This document shows positions 10,623 through 21,028 of a DNA stretch of 64,000 bases, piece by piece. The stretch is from Trypanosoma brucei (taxonomy: Eukaryota). The number at the start of each line of letters is the position of its first letter. The first letter of the stretch is position 1. The translations under genes were made by a program, and so were the position numbers. The stretch spans positions 768,001 through 832,000 of the forward strand of contig CP000067.1 in the NCBI GenBank assembly GCA_000002445.1, given 5' to 3'. Under the pieces are notes generated by a model. That model ran no database searches and had not been told where the DNA came from. It saw only the letters and a list, made by a program, of their open reading frames with translations.

Positions 10623-11438
10623 ATGCGCCGCTCTTCGATGAAGTTTGGATTGCGGCAAATACTTTCCGAGGAACTGGGGAAGGCAGCAATATTCTTGCGC
10701 TTTAAAGCGAACGAATATATTGCCTCCACCGCAAGGGCTTGTCAAACGTTGACTGGAGCCGAAACTAACCCGGAACAAGCAAACAAACGCCGTAAGCACC
10801 GCCAAGTTTATGAAGAGATCCTTCGACAAAGGCAGCAAGTAGCTCAGGAAGCGGCACGGCGGGCGATGGAGGGAAAGAGCCTCAGGGAGCGTCTCATGGC
10901 CAGTGCTTCCGCCGCTCTTAAGGGACTGAAGGAGGCAACATCAACGAATGCTGGAGCCCTGGCGTTGCTGCAGCACTGTACCGCCGCGCACGCGGCAGAG
11001 GTGGCCGTTGAACAGGGTATTGATGTGAAGAGCGTAACAATGCAGGTTGAGGAACGGAAGACAGGCTCACAAGTGGGGTCTGAGACCGTTGTGGTGGGTT
11101 ATATCGACGCTCCAAACACCTCCGAGGAGGAGATGATGGCGTTCGCGGAACAACTCAGCAAAAAGTGCCCGATGGCCAACGCTATGCGGGGGAAGATTGA
11201 GTGGCGGCGAGCGAATGGGGAAGTGCAACATAACGACGAACAAACTACAGGGAACGATAATAGCGTTGGCAGTACTAGCGATAAGGCTGGTGATGCGGGC
11301 TCCATACCACATGGCATGCCCGGCACTCGGTATTACTCCCATGAATCGATGCGTAGAGGTGCTGGTGGTGTTGGGGATGGCGATGAGCTTCATCTTCCTG
11401 GTGTAACAAAGGGCAGTGGAAAGGGACCCGACAAGTGA
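10623..11438 (+). CDS. hypothetical protein (about 271 aa)
   Basis: The ORF-track start at 10410 is a GTG lying inside a polypyrimidine tract (10431-10498) that ends in AG. The first ATG after that tract is at 10623 (MRRSSMKFGL...). I recognised no domain. Confidence 0.45.
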   Translation: MRRSSMKFGLRQILSEELGKAAIFLRFKANEYIASTARACQTLTGAETNPEQANKRRKHRQVYEEILRQRQQVAQEAARRAMEGKSLRERLMASASAALKGLKEATSTNAGALALLQHCTAAHAAEVAVEQGIDVKSVTMQVEERKTGSQVGSETVVVGYIDAPNTSEEEMMAFAEQLSKKCPMANAMRGKIEWRRANGEVQHNDEQTTGNDNSVGSTSDKAGDAGSIPHGMPGTRYYSHESMRRGAGGVGDGDELHLPGVTKGSGKGPDK

Positions 11439-12085
11439 TTGGGTAATTAAAGCGGAGGCACGCGAAAGTAACAGAGAAGGAATGAGATGATTTAGTAGTT
11501 CAAACCGTTGAACGCGTTAGCCCGAATGTCACTATCGTTTAAGGAATCCGGCAGCTATCTTCTGCAACACTTCTCCTTTGGAAATAGTTTTGGTGGAATG
11601 GGGTATCAATCTTGGTGAACAAAGTAACGAAGAAAAGAGGCAGAAACTTCATGTACATGTGGTCCATTCTTTGGTATCCTCATTCGTCAGATTCGTTTAT
11701 CCGTATTTTGTTCCCTTGCTTTATCTTCTTTTCCTGTCACTACAATGTCTTGATAATAGAGCCGCTTACTCAAGGGGAGAACCGCTGCGTTCAGCGCAAA
11801 AAAAAAAAAGCGAACAAGGTTAAGAACCCAAAAATCTTGGCTGCTTTGGCTGAAGTCGATCAGCACAGGCGAATTCCACACGTGACTGTACTCTATTGTT
11901 TCGGACACGTGTGTGTTACACGGCAAAGCAATTTTTCTTGACTTGACACGCTCAGCCGCTACGGAGCCCGTTGCCGGGGTATTCTGAAGTCGTGCAAAGT
12001 GGCAGAAAGTCACTGGTGCGAGCCCGCCGTTCAACACAGCACGGAAAGGGATCGGACGGACATTCGCCAAGCGCGGAGAGGAAGA

Positions 12086-12102
12086 AAGAGAGAGAGAGAG
12101 AA
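12086..12102. repeat. (GA)8 microsatellite
   Basis: agagagagagagagaga, intergenic. Confidence 0.8.
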
Positions 12103-12885
12103 AGCGGCAGTACACCACAGGTGCCTGCTTGCAACGTGGGGAACAAGTATGTTTGGTATACTCAACGGTTGCAGTTCTGGATATGCTGCGCTTGCGCACC
12201 CACACTCCATAGTTTCCGGTGGAAGCGGTGGTGTGCATGTCCCGTAATAGTGTGGGAACGAAGCTGAGTTCCACTGCGTACGGCAACGCAGGCGATCTCA
12301 GCGTGGGCTCCTCCGATAAATTAACAATATTCTACCAGGGAGGTGCCGGGTTGCCCCGTTGCTTGTAGTGCGTCACATTCCTGCGCCCGTAGAATCTGCA
12401 TAACTTTAGTCTTGGGAAACGTGCCGAAGAAGAAGCTGGACCATCGATGCTGTTGTGCTTCTGGGCCGACGGGAACGCTCGGCAGCCATCATCGTGTGGC
12501 AGTAGCGAACAATCCCCGATGATGTTGCGGTCACACATTACGTGGAGCCAATATGCGAGGGGATCTGGGGAGGGGGGCGGACGAGTTGGGAGGTGCCGGC
12601 GCTACGGACAAAATGTGGGTGATATTGTAGAAAAAGTCCAGTCACCCGGACAGTCAAATATCGGGTGTACAAATTCATACAAACGTATATATAGATAGAT
12701 CAGCTGAAGGGGATTCGGGCCATATGTAGCGTAGCTCAACTCCCTCCGTCTGCTTGCTGTGCTAATATTACTGGCACTACTTGACTATCATTATGTGATA
12801 ATTACTTCGTGCATGTTAATCGTTGAATTGGGGTGTTATTTCGTTGGGTTTTCAACCTTCCGCTGCACGTCCTACTGACCCCGTC

Positions 12886-13003
12886 ATTGTTGTCGGCGCT
12901 GTTTTGACGCTGCTGATACTTTTGTTGTTGTCATTTCATTTATGGTTTTGTCAATTCTTGTTTGTCTGCATATTTTTGTACTCAATTGTGTTTCATTGCC
13001 CCG
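12886..13003 (+). promoter_or_regulatory. T-rich polypyrimidine region: candidate trans-splice/polyadenylation signal upstream of gene 13173
   Basis: ttttgacgctgctgatacttttgttgttgtcatttcatttatggttttgtcaattcttgtttgtctgcatatttttgtactcaattgtgtttcattgcccc. Confidence 0.4.
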
Positions 13004-13172
13004 CACGCACACACACGCTTACCGTCCCAACAAAGGCGGCCGCATCACTACAGGGTGGTGTATGGAACAACGTTAGGTGTTTGCTGTTTTACATTCTCCT
13101 CTGCGCCCGCTATCTAGCACATACATATGCGTAGCTGTGAACTCCAGCGGAAGCAACAGAGCTGCGAAAACG

Positions 13173-14159
13173 ATGAAAAAATGTTGGGTATTCGACTGCG
13201 CGGCGCCAGGCCTCTACTGTGAACCGAGGCGTCTTTTAAAACCCTTTTCTACCGATAGCATTCTTGACGCCGCCGGCCGTGCGTTCGAAACAGTGGAGGA
13301 CGGGCTGAAGGCAACCACGTGGCGCACTCATCATGCCTTCAGTGCCCGATGTGGTCTCACTTCAGTGACGCGAAGTGACAGTACCACTTGCGGTAAAGGC
13401 GTCGAAGAGTCGTCTGTATCCCGCTCACCGGAGGACTACCGGGAGTGGCATGCGGATTTCCATCTCCGCTCCCCCAGTGCAGAGCCGCACGTGTTGTTAT
13501 CAGTGGCTCCTCATTACCTCCCGTCACGTGGAAGTGGGAACGCTGACGACGGCCGAAAAATGGAAGTGGTGGGAAGCCGTGGTCGCTGGTTGAAGCCCTG
13601 GCGCCCACAGACTGCAGAAGAACAGGCGGCATATGATGCTGCGGTGCTCGGAACACCACTTATTTGGGAGGAGCCGTTGGTTCTCTCACTGGATTGCACC
13701 GCCGATGGGGTGTTTCTTTGGAGTGAAGACCATGGAATCTACGGAGAAAAGGTCGCAAACCGCTGTTTTGAGCGGCATAGCAGCGATGCCGGGGACGACT
13801 CTGCGGAGTTCAAACAGGAAGCCTTCCTAAGATTTAGGTGGAGTGAGCAGCCTCCAGCACAGACATCATCGGTAGGAAGTGGAAGACACGAAATGAAGGA
13901 AGAACATGTTGAATCCCCCAATGTCAGCAAGTGTGGTGAACTGCGCGTTTTCCGGGGACAGCGAACCAAAGTGGAAGCAGAAGAGCCACATGTGGAACGC
14001 ATTTCCTATGAGGAAGCTGACGTGGATGCCGGAAGCGGTGGGTTTCTCTGGCAGAGCGTGCTGCACCGCATCATCTCGTGTGGGCCCGTACCGAAAGAGG
14101 TATATTTTGCGCCGTATGTGACGCTGATGGAAAGTGGCGATGAGGTTAGCCTTTTGTGA
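13173..14159 (+). CDS. hypothetical protein (about 328 aa)
   Basis: The ORF-track start at 13077 is a GTG; the first ATG is at 13173 (MKKCWVFD...), downstream of a long T-rich polypyrimidine region 12886-13003. It is a plus-strand ORF with no recognised domain. Confidence 0.5.
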   Translation: MKKCWVFDCAAPGLYCEPRRLLKPFSTDSILDAAGRAFETVEDGLKATTWRTHHAFSARCGLTSVTRSDSTTCGKGVEESSVSRSPEDYREWHADFHLRSPSAEPHVLLSVAPHYLPSRGSGNADDGRKMEVVGSRGRWLKPWRPQTAEEQAAYDAAVLGTPLIWEEPLVLSLDCTADGVFLWSEDHGIYGEKVANRCFERHSSDAGDDSAEFKQEAFLRFRWSEQPPAQTSSVGSGRHEMKEEHVESPNVSKCGELRVFRGQRTKVEAEEPHVERISYEEADVDAGSGGFLWQSVLHRIISCGPVPKEVYFAPYVTLMESGDEVSLL

Positions 14160-14475
14160 CAATTATCGTCAGGAACGGGATTGAAGAAGGAGCCTAAAAC
14201 TTGAATAACTGGATGAGGTCTGCTGTGAAGGCGTGTGGTGGGTGTTTGGGTTAGGGTGACTTTCTGTTGATTTCCAAATCATGTCTTCTCGTTTGCTTGA
14301 TGTACGTGTAGTTACAAACTGCGGGACCAAGCATATGGTCATAAGGCGCAGCCCATCATCCACATTTGCTTCAGGTATTTGCTTATTTGCCGTGAAAATC
14401 AAGCACAATCGTTCTCTCTTATTGTCCCTAACGCTCGTTGTTCATTTTTGTAGTGTCCTCTTATACACATAAAAA

Positions 14476-17352
14476 ATGTCGTTACATGGTCATCCGTACC
14501 AACGCTACGTCTCCGTGAAGCTGACACATTTCCAACAGGGGGATGAAAATGACGGACCTACGAAGAGCGGTGGCGTGGAGTCGGGTAGTAATAGGGAGAA
14601 GTGGCGAGCGTTTGGTGTTGATATAGGAGTCAACCTGGCTTCAGCCACGTCTCAGAGCTCATGCACAAGCAGCTCCACGCAGTCGCAGATGGTAAACGAT
14701 GCTTCAATCACCAAAACGGCGAGTGTCCAGGAGTCGCTTCGTCAGCAGTTGGCGGTGTTGACGTCGCGTGTCGGACAAACAAGAGAACAAATATTCAACG
14801 CAGTGCGTTTAAAAGAGAAGACAAGCAGCAAAAGCACAAGCAATACATGTACACCTAGCTCCGTAACAACGGACACAGAAATTATTGGTGGTGGTTCTGC
14901 TCCCCCCTCGCAAAAGCGGGTTCCCGGTAAGGACGGCTTATCCAGAGACAGCGCGAAGAACAAGCGATCAACTACAAGTGACAACAATATTGTTTTGAAC
15001 AAGGGGGCGGGAAGCACCGCAACCCATCAGCAGCAAGAAGCAGGGCAACAAATATCTGAAAAGAAGACGAAAACGAGGGCCCGTAAGTCCTCCACATTAT
15101 CTAATGCTGAAGCAACGGTAACGTCGCGGCACTCAAGTAAATGTGCAACTCAGAGGACATTGTTCAAATTGCCTGTGGACCCTGCAACGTCTCCGCAGCG
15201 TGGGCTGCAGGTGGCATTCAAGGAAGAGTTGGATGGTAGCGCATTGTTCAATGATGCACGCGATACCCTCAACGACCCTAATCGTTTCCAGGTACCCACG
15301 ATATTTGTTGGCTTTGCAACGCGCGAAGGGCAGACGAACTTCACCATTTCCTCCTCTTCGCGCGGAAAAGTGCACTTCATGCGCGGCGTTAACCCTGAGT
15401 TAAGCCATCTCGAGGTGAGTTTCCTCGTCGTACGGTGGAAAGACGATGTAATTGTCTACTCTGCGGCTGTTGGTTTGGAGTTACTTGTGCGAGTTGCTGA
15501 AGAACTTCCGGGTGTTGAAATTGTTACATTCAACGCCCCCTGCCTCTTGCTTCCACTGTTGTCCTACAAACAGGGTAAGTTCTTTACCTCGTGCGTGTCT
15601 GATGTCCGCCTCATGACGTGGATGCTTGAGCCATCAGCGGACACAGCCGAGTTTGCGGACTATGACAAGCTCCTTCAATCGTACCAGCAGCAAATAGGGC
15701 TCCCGGCAGGGCTCAACGCCGCGGAATGCAAAGGCAGTAAAGAGGCCGTTAGCCACCGCGTGTTTTACATGGAGCCGCTCTACCGAATGCTCTACGGTAG
15801 GCTGGGATCTCATGGATTGTTACCAGCCTTTCTCAAGCAGGAGAAGCGCATCTCCATCATGTGTGCGGCGATGAAACTGAACGGCTTTTACGTGAATTTG
15901 GTGGAGGTGGACGGTTTCAAGGCGCGCTGCGCAGAAAAAATGGAGAAGCTGCGAAGTGAGGCTCGCAGTATGATCCCCTCTATGACGAACTTTAACATAC
16001 AGAGCGCAGACGACTGCAGGGTTGCGCTGTATGAGGTGCTGAAGCTCGGCCCAAACCTTGTGTCGAAGGGCACTGAAGGGTCCACAGAGAACAATTCCCT
16101 CATATTAACGAGAGGTGGTAAGTTGTCTACGTCAGAAGAAACCCTGAGGATTCTAGCACGGCACCACGAGTTCCCACGCATATTAATCGCGTATCGGAAG
16201 TTGGCGAAGCTTTTACAAACGTACGTCGTTGGATTTATGGAGATGGCGATTCCCATTGAAGAAGGTGATGGAGAATTCACAGACTTCAGCATCAGTGAAC
16301 AAGGCAAGGAAGCAATACCGAACGCATCCGACCGTCACAAAGCGAAGTGGGCGAAACTGCACCCCAATTTGGTGCAGGAAGGTACCGAAACGGGGCGGCT
16401 GACATCTGTGGAGCCCAACATGCAGGCCCTACCGCGGTCCACGCAACTTGTAGCAACCCACGAGAAAAATAACACTAACGATGCCGACTCTGAAAATGGC
16501 AACAACGAAAACATCAACGGTGATGTTAACGCTGCCGATGCTGGAGGAAACGAGAGCGATGGCCCCGTGCAAGAGAAGGAGGTGAGTTTCATACGCCGCT
16601 GTTTAGGGGCGCCCGACGGGTATTCGTTGGTCTCGCTGGACTATGAACAGGTAGAGCTACGAGTGTTGGCACATCTATCGGGCGATTCAGCTCTTATCAA
16701 TGTTCTCACGAAATCTGGAGACATCCACCGCTCGATTGCTGAGATTATATTCCGCAAAACAAGCGTTACCGGCGAAGAACGGAGCCTTGCCAAAAAAGTG
16801 GTGTTCGGTATACTCTACGGTGCGGGACCGCGCGGACTGGCGCAACAAATGGGCGTGTCTGTGGAGCAGGCGCTGCGTGTGTCTTCACTCTTTAAATCAT
16901 GTTTTCCCACCGTTGACGCGTACCAGCGGCGCATCATTGATCAGTGTCGAAGTGACGGTTCCGTGCGAACGCTGAGCGGCCGGGTCCGATCTATACCTGA
17001 CATAAACGATCGCGTGCTTACGAAACGCTCCCATGCGGAACGTCAGGCCTTCAACACCGTCGTGCAGGGAAGTGCCGCGGATGTGATGAAGTTGGGCATG
17101 ATCGCCGTGGAGCGTGAGGTGCTGCAACCCCATGCACCTGACGTTCGGTTGCTCCTACAGGTTCATGATGAAATTATCTTATCCGTCCCCAACCACATGC
17201 TCCACAGCATCGTGCCGGCTGCAATGCATGCCTTCGCACATCCTATTTCACTGCTGGTGCCGCTGCTTGTCACAACAAAAGTCGGGCGGCTGTTAGGTGA
17301 TTTGGAGGAATGGACAGTGGATCATGCACTAGGACTGCGGGTGCCGAGTTGA
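14476..17352 (+). CDS. Family A DNA polymerase (Pol I / Pol theta-like polymerase domain, exonuclease motifs absent); candidate kinetoplastid POLIA-type or Pol-theta polymerase-only protein
   Basis: ATG at 14476. Family-A motifs are read directly: RLTSVEPNMQALPRS (pre-motif A); motif A LVSLDYEQVELRVLAHLSGD; O-helix region RSLAKKVVFGILYGAGPRGLAQQMG; motif C LLQVHDEIILSVP; also FNTVVQGSAADVMK. No DxE 3'-5' exonuclease motif appears in the N-terminal half. A low-complexity Asn/Asp-rich insert of about 45 aa sits between NMQALP and motif A (nt ~16450-16581). Confidence 0.9.
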   Translation: MSLHGHPYQRYVSVKLTHFQQGDENDGPTKSGGVESGSNREKWRAFGVDIGVNLASATSQSSCTSSSTQSQMVNDASITKTASVQESLRQQLAVLTSRVGQTREQIFNAVRLKEKTSSKSTSNTCTPSSVTTDTEIIGGGSAPPSQKRVPGKDGLSRDSAKNKRSTTSDNNIVLNKGAGSTATHQQQEAGQQISEKKTKTRARKSSTLSNAEATVTSRHSSKCATQRTLFKLPVDPATSPQRGLQVAFKEELDGSALFNDARDTLNDPNRFQVPTIFVGFATREGQTNFTISSSSRGKVHFMRGVNPELSHLEVSFLVVRWKDDVIVYSAAVGLELLVRVAEELPGVEIVTFNAPCLLLPLLSYKQGKFFTSCVSDVRLMTWMLEPSADTAEFADYDKLLQSYQQQIGLPAGLNAAECKGSKEAVSHRVFYMEPLYRMLYGRLGSHGLLPAFLKQEKRISIMCAAMKLNGFYVNLVEVDGFKARCAEKMEKLRSEARSMIPSMTNFNIQSADDCRVALYEVLKLGPNLVSKGTEGSTENNSLILTRGGKLSTSEETLRILARHHEFPRILIAYRKLAKLLQTYVVGFMEMAIPIEEGDGEFTDFSISEQGKEAIPNASDRHKAKWAKLHPNLVQEGTETGRLTSVEPNMQALPRSTQLVATHEKNNTNDADSENGNNENINGDVNAADAGGNESDGPVQEKEVSFIRRCLGAPDGYSLVSLDYEQVELRVLAHLSGDSALINVLTKSGDIHRSIAEIIFRKTSVTGEERSLAKKVVFGILYGAGPRGLAQQMGVSVEQALRVSSLFKSCFPTVDAYQRRIIDQCRSDGSVRTLSGRVRSIPDINDRVLTKRSHAERQAFNTVVQGSAADVMKLGMIAVEREVLQPHAPDVRLLLQVHDEIILSVPNHMLHSIVPAAMHAFAHPISLLVPLLVTTKVGRLLGDLEEWTVDHALGLRVPS

Positions 17353-18735
17353 AGCATTGTGATAAAAGGCGGCAAGTGGCTTAGTAGCGTAGAGAAAGGA
17401 TAGTGGAGGTTCCATAATAGCCGTAAATAAATCGGTTTTAGGAAACAGAAACACACAGAAGGCAATCGATAGAAGCGAGATATTGCAACAACTTCCCCTC
17501 TCTAGGTCGTGCACTCCCTTTCCCTCTAGGTAAGTGTGTGGTTTGGCTATCTATCGCTATTCGCTCTTTCTTTTTTTTTTTTACATCTTTGCTTCATCTT
17601 CACTGAAATGATCCCTTCCTTTATATTTTCACCCTCGTTGCTCTTCCATGAGGGCGTCGCACTAGTGTTTGTTTGGCACTATGTTGCATAATATGAATGG
17701 TTGCAGAGTTTCTTGGCATGTGTTGGCGAGGTAACAATTCAGTGGTGAGGGCTGAAGAAGAGTCGTCCTTCCATTTGTTAATTGTGCCTCGCTTACTGCG
17801 TTATTTTGCTCTTCCTTTTCGCTCTTTTGGTGCTTCTTTTTTCGAAAAAAAAAAATTTCATTTCATACGCTCACTTGCCATTCACCTGTGTAGATGTGTA
17901 TATGAATCACCACTATTTCTATTTGTCATATCGATAATAACTCCTAAGAATGCGCAATGAGTAGTCACGGTGTACAGAAAGTCAAAAGTCAGCGGATGCC
18001 GCGCTGAACTGCCTTTCTTAACCTGCTGCTCTGCGCAATTTTTTCTTTTTTGCCTCCATAGTTTCTGAACTGTAGCTTCGCTATAGTTGCATCAGAGTAG
18101 GGATGTTACTTGCGGAAATTTAAATATAAAGGAAAAAACAAGAAAAAAAAAGAGAGAATTTATTGCTTGGAGTTATATTTCTTATATATGTTTTTCATAG
18201 CAACAGTAATATGCACTGGCTTACAGGAAAAAAAAAAAGAGAGAGAGACAAGAGGAAAAACATCTCAGAAAGTTTATGTCCGAGGTATTGGAAAAAAAAA
18301 AAAAGAAAGGTAGGAAGAAGGGCACGTACGCATGAAAACAGAAAAGAAAAGAAAACTTTTTTTGCCAGCTTCCACCGCCAGATATTGACTTTTGTCAATA
18401 TATTACTGTCATCACGTATACTTTCTTATTATTGACGACAGCTGGGTCCTCTCTTGTTAATGCTCATGTTGTCTTATCTTCGTTCGGTTGGTTGGGTGCA
18501 TTTGGTACTTTAAAAAAAAAAAAGGAAAGAGAAGCGAGAAATCATGTGAGGAGGAAAGAAGTCCTGTGGCCACGTCCAAAACAATATTCTTTATTGCGGG
18601 AGTCTGCACCTCCTTTCAAGAAGTACATTTTTCTTCTTGCTTACATTTGTTAATCCAGTAAGTGCAAGCCGTCAAGGGGTGAGAGGAGTGGCACGTACAT
18701 ATATATTATATATATATAATAGCGGAAAGATTCTC

Positions 18736-19101
18736 ATGAATGCGCGCGATGAACTGGTAGAGCAACTTTCTATTGCCCTTTCAGATATTGAGCAGCTCCA
18801 ACCCTGCACCGACACTGCATTAGACGCCGAGTTACTTGGCGCTGTAGCGGATTACATTGAGTCAGGTGTGAATGCCGAAGCAACGCTGAAACGACTGCGC
18901 GGTACCCTCGCACAAGTGGCAAAAAAAGGGAGTGTACCGCAGGCCCCGGTACAGGTCAAAAAGGAAAGCGAGGGCGAAGAAAAAGAGATGAATGGAAACG
19001 GCGCTGTTAGCGCCCCCGTGCTCACAGCAGAGGAATTAGGAAGACAACGGGCACAGCTCATTTTAAGAGATATTCTGAAAGAACGGTATGCCAGACATTA
19101 G
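18736..19101 (+). CDS. small hypothetical protein (about 121 aa), acidic N-terminal half and Lys/Glu-rich C-terminus
   Basis: The ORF-track start at 18637 is an alternative codon; the first ATG at 18736 (MNARDELVEQLS...) follows a polypyrimidine tract plus AG (18610-18657). It is the only plausible coding ORF in a 2.6-kb intergenic stretch. Its composition is non-repetitive and coding-like. Confidence 0.4.
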   Translation: MNARDELVEQLSIALSDIEQLQPCTDTALDAELLGAVADYIESGVNAEATLKRLRGTLAQVAKKGSVPQAPVQVKKESEGEEKEMNGNGAVSAPVLTAEELGRQRAQLILRDILKERYARH

Positions 19102-19185
19102 GGTTTGGGTTACGGTGTGTGGAATACGGAAAAGAGGTGGTGATAGAGACTCATAACGCAGCAATAGTGCGGATGTAGTGAACAT

Positions 19186-19229
19186 ACGTATATGTATATA
19201 TGTTTGTATATATATATATATATATATAA
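19186..19229. repeat. (TA)n microsatellite
   Basis: cgtatatgtatatatgtttgtatatatatatatatatatataa, intergenic. Confidence 0.85.
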
Positions 19230-19925
19230 GGCTACATCACAGTTGTTTGGGTTCCGTATTTGTATCAAACCCCCATGCAAAAGCTTGCCGTACGGGTGGG
19301 ATGCAACGTATATTCGCCGTGACCAGGCACCGCATCAACTCGTAGTTGGGGTGGCAGTGTACAGCATTCTCGTGAAATGTGGCGACAGTTGAAGTGAGTG
19401 GAAGCATGGAACATCTTGAAGCATTAAGGTATCGTGGTAGCTGCAGTAACCTTTCCTCCTTGATATACGATTGCGTGTTTGTGGCGCCTTGCAGAAATTT
19501 AAAAAAAAAAACTGTTGTTAATACCTCCTCGGGTTTGGCGAAAGGCCTGCAAACCTTAGCACTGTGAAAACGAAGTGTGTCGTTCGATCAACCCAAGCAA
19601 TGATCTCACATACCGTGTTGTGCTGTAAGGAGGTTGAAGGACTTCGTTAATTGTGGACCTCAATGTCGAAACCAGGCCATGTCTTTAAGACTCTGCGTTG
19701 CAGTTGGTGCAGTTATTTATCATTATTTTTTCGGTTGTTGGGTTGTTCCATTCCGTTGGTGATGTCACCGATTTCCCTTTATTGTGCGGAGAAATGGCAG
19801 GTGAAGCTCATGATGAACTGCAAGGGAACATTATGTTCTAATCTTCTCTCCGTCAGGTGGTGCTCCCGTACTATTGTGTTGTCACTGCCATTACTTTCCC
19901 CCTTAAGTCCTTAACGCTGTGGCTG

Positions 19926-20012
19926 CCCTTCCTTCCTTCAAAAATAATAATAATAATAATAAATCATTTCTCCTCTTTGACCCTTAACCCAATAATGTGA
20001 ATCACTCAATAG
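19926..20012 (+). promoter_or_regulatory. polypyrimidine tracts flanking an (AAT)n microsatellite, ending in AG: candidate trans-splice acceptor for the J-domain gene
   Basis: ccttccttccttc ... tcatttctcctctttgacccttaaccc ... caatag, directly upstream of ATG 20021. Confidence 0.4.
19943..19964. repeat. (AAT)7 microsatellite
   Basis: aataataataataataataaat. Confidence 0.85.
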
Positions 20013-20020
20013 CGTGTGGC

Positions 20021-21028
20021 ATGACAACATATGGTCACCGTCCTGAACACATGTTGCACGCATGGCGTACATTAGGCCTCCGCGCGAATCCCACATACGA
20101 GGAGATACGCGCTGCTTACCGTAGACTTGCTTTCGCCACTCACCCCGATCGCTCAAATGAGCCTGGCACGAAGGAACGTTTCCAAAAGTTGCAAGCGGCT
20201 TACGAAGCAGCAGTGGAGAATTGCAGACGTATGGCAGCCTTAGGAGGGTACAGGCTTAGTGGTGATGCTGCAAACTTTGACTGGCGGGCTGAGGTTGCTC
20301 GTGTGCGGGAAGCGTGGGCGCGGAAACACGGTTTAGGGTCAGATGCTGCGGAAGAAGAGGAAGAGGAAACCACGGCAAGAAAAAAAAGGCAGCAGACTAA
20401 AACAGCAGCGAAAGGAACAAAAACGGCAAAGCCGGCGTCGGCGTCGGCGTCGGCGGCACCGGATTTCTCCGGAACAAACTCCCCCACCCCAGCGAGGGGC
20501 CGCAAGAAGGCCTCACCACGAAACAGCAGGCGACAACAGAAACGTGGGAGCGCGACGACTTCACGCTGGTCGAAGCCTGTTGCAAACAAAAAGGGTAAGC
20601 CGAAACCGCCCTTTACTCTCTTTTCTTCGCCACGTAGTCCCCCGCCACCCGCAAGCAGAGGTGCTGATGGAGTGGCGGGAGAAAATAAGTCGTTAAACAC
20701 CTCTCGAGCGGGTTCCCCCGGCGCCACAACATCGCACACATCAGAGAGGCGCGCACAAGTCGTGAGGAGGCGCCGTCGCTGTTTCCTGTCAAATGAGGAC
20801 AAAATGATTTGCCGTCTAATGGCGGTTGAGGCAGCGCGGCGCTTAGCGTTGTACGTTTTTGAAGGGGCAACACGACGAATCATATCACAAATGCTCGCAG
20901 AAGTGCGAATTCGCTGTGCTATAAAGCAATTTGAGGATCTGGCATGGAAAAAATTAGTCAAATACGTGCAGCTTGGACCTAGCGACGCCCTTGTGCGTCA
21001 CAAGGGTAAGCGGCGAATTGTGGCATAG
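20021..21028 (+). CDS. DnaJ / J-domain protein (J domain at the N-terminus, then a basic Lys/Arg/Ser/Pro-rich region)
   Basis: The ORF-track start at 19997 is a GTG; the first ATG is at 20021, after polypyrimidine tract 19926-19990 and an AG at 20011. The J-domain signature with an HPD motif is read directly: WRTLGLRANPTYEEIRAAYRRLAFATHPDRSNEPGTKERFQKLQAAYEAA. Confidence 0.8.
   Translation: MTTYGHRPEHMLHAWRTLGLRANPTYEEIRAAYRRLAFATHPDRSNEPGTKERFQKLQAAYEAAVENCRRMAALGGYRLSGDAANFDWRAEVARVREAWARKHGLGSDAAEEEEEETTARKKRQQTKTAAKGTKTAKPASASASAAPDFSGTNSPTPARGRKKASPRNSRRQQKRGSATTSRWSKPVANKKGKPKPPFTLFSSPRSPPPPASRGADGVAGENKSLNTSRAGSPGATTSHTSERRAQVVRRRRRCFLSNEDKMICRLMAVEAARRLALYVFEGATRRIISQMLAEVRIRCAIKQFEDLAWKKLVKYVQLGPSDALVRHKGKRRIVA

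Noticed and set aside
11687-12286. 199-aa minus-strand ORF in the 11.4-13.2 kb spacer
   Set aside because: It spans a poly(A) run and a (GA)n microsatellite and would be the only minus-strand gene in the window. There are no splice-acceptor-like signals in the appropriate orientation.
20200-20961. 253-aa minus-strand ORF
   Set aside because: It is antisense to the J-domain gene, within its low-complexity Lys/Arg/Ser/Pro-rich region, which is encoded by repetitive GC-rich DNA open in several frames. Its composition is not coding-like.
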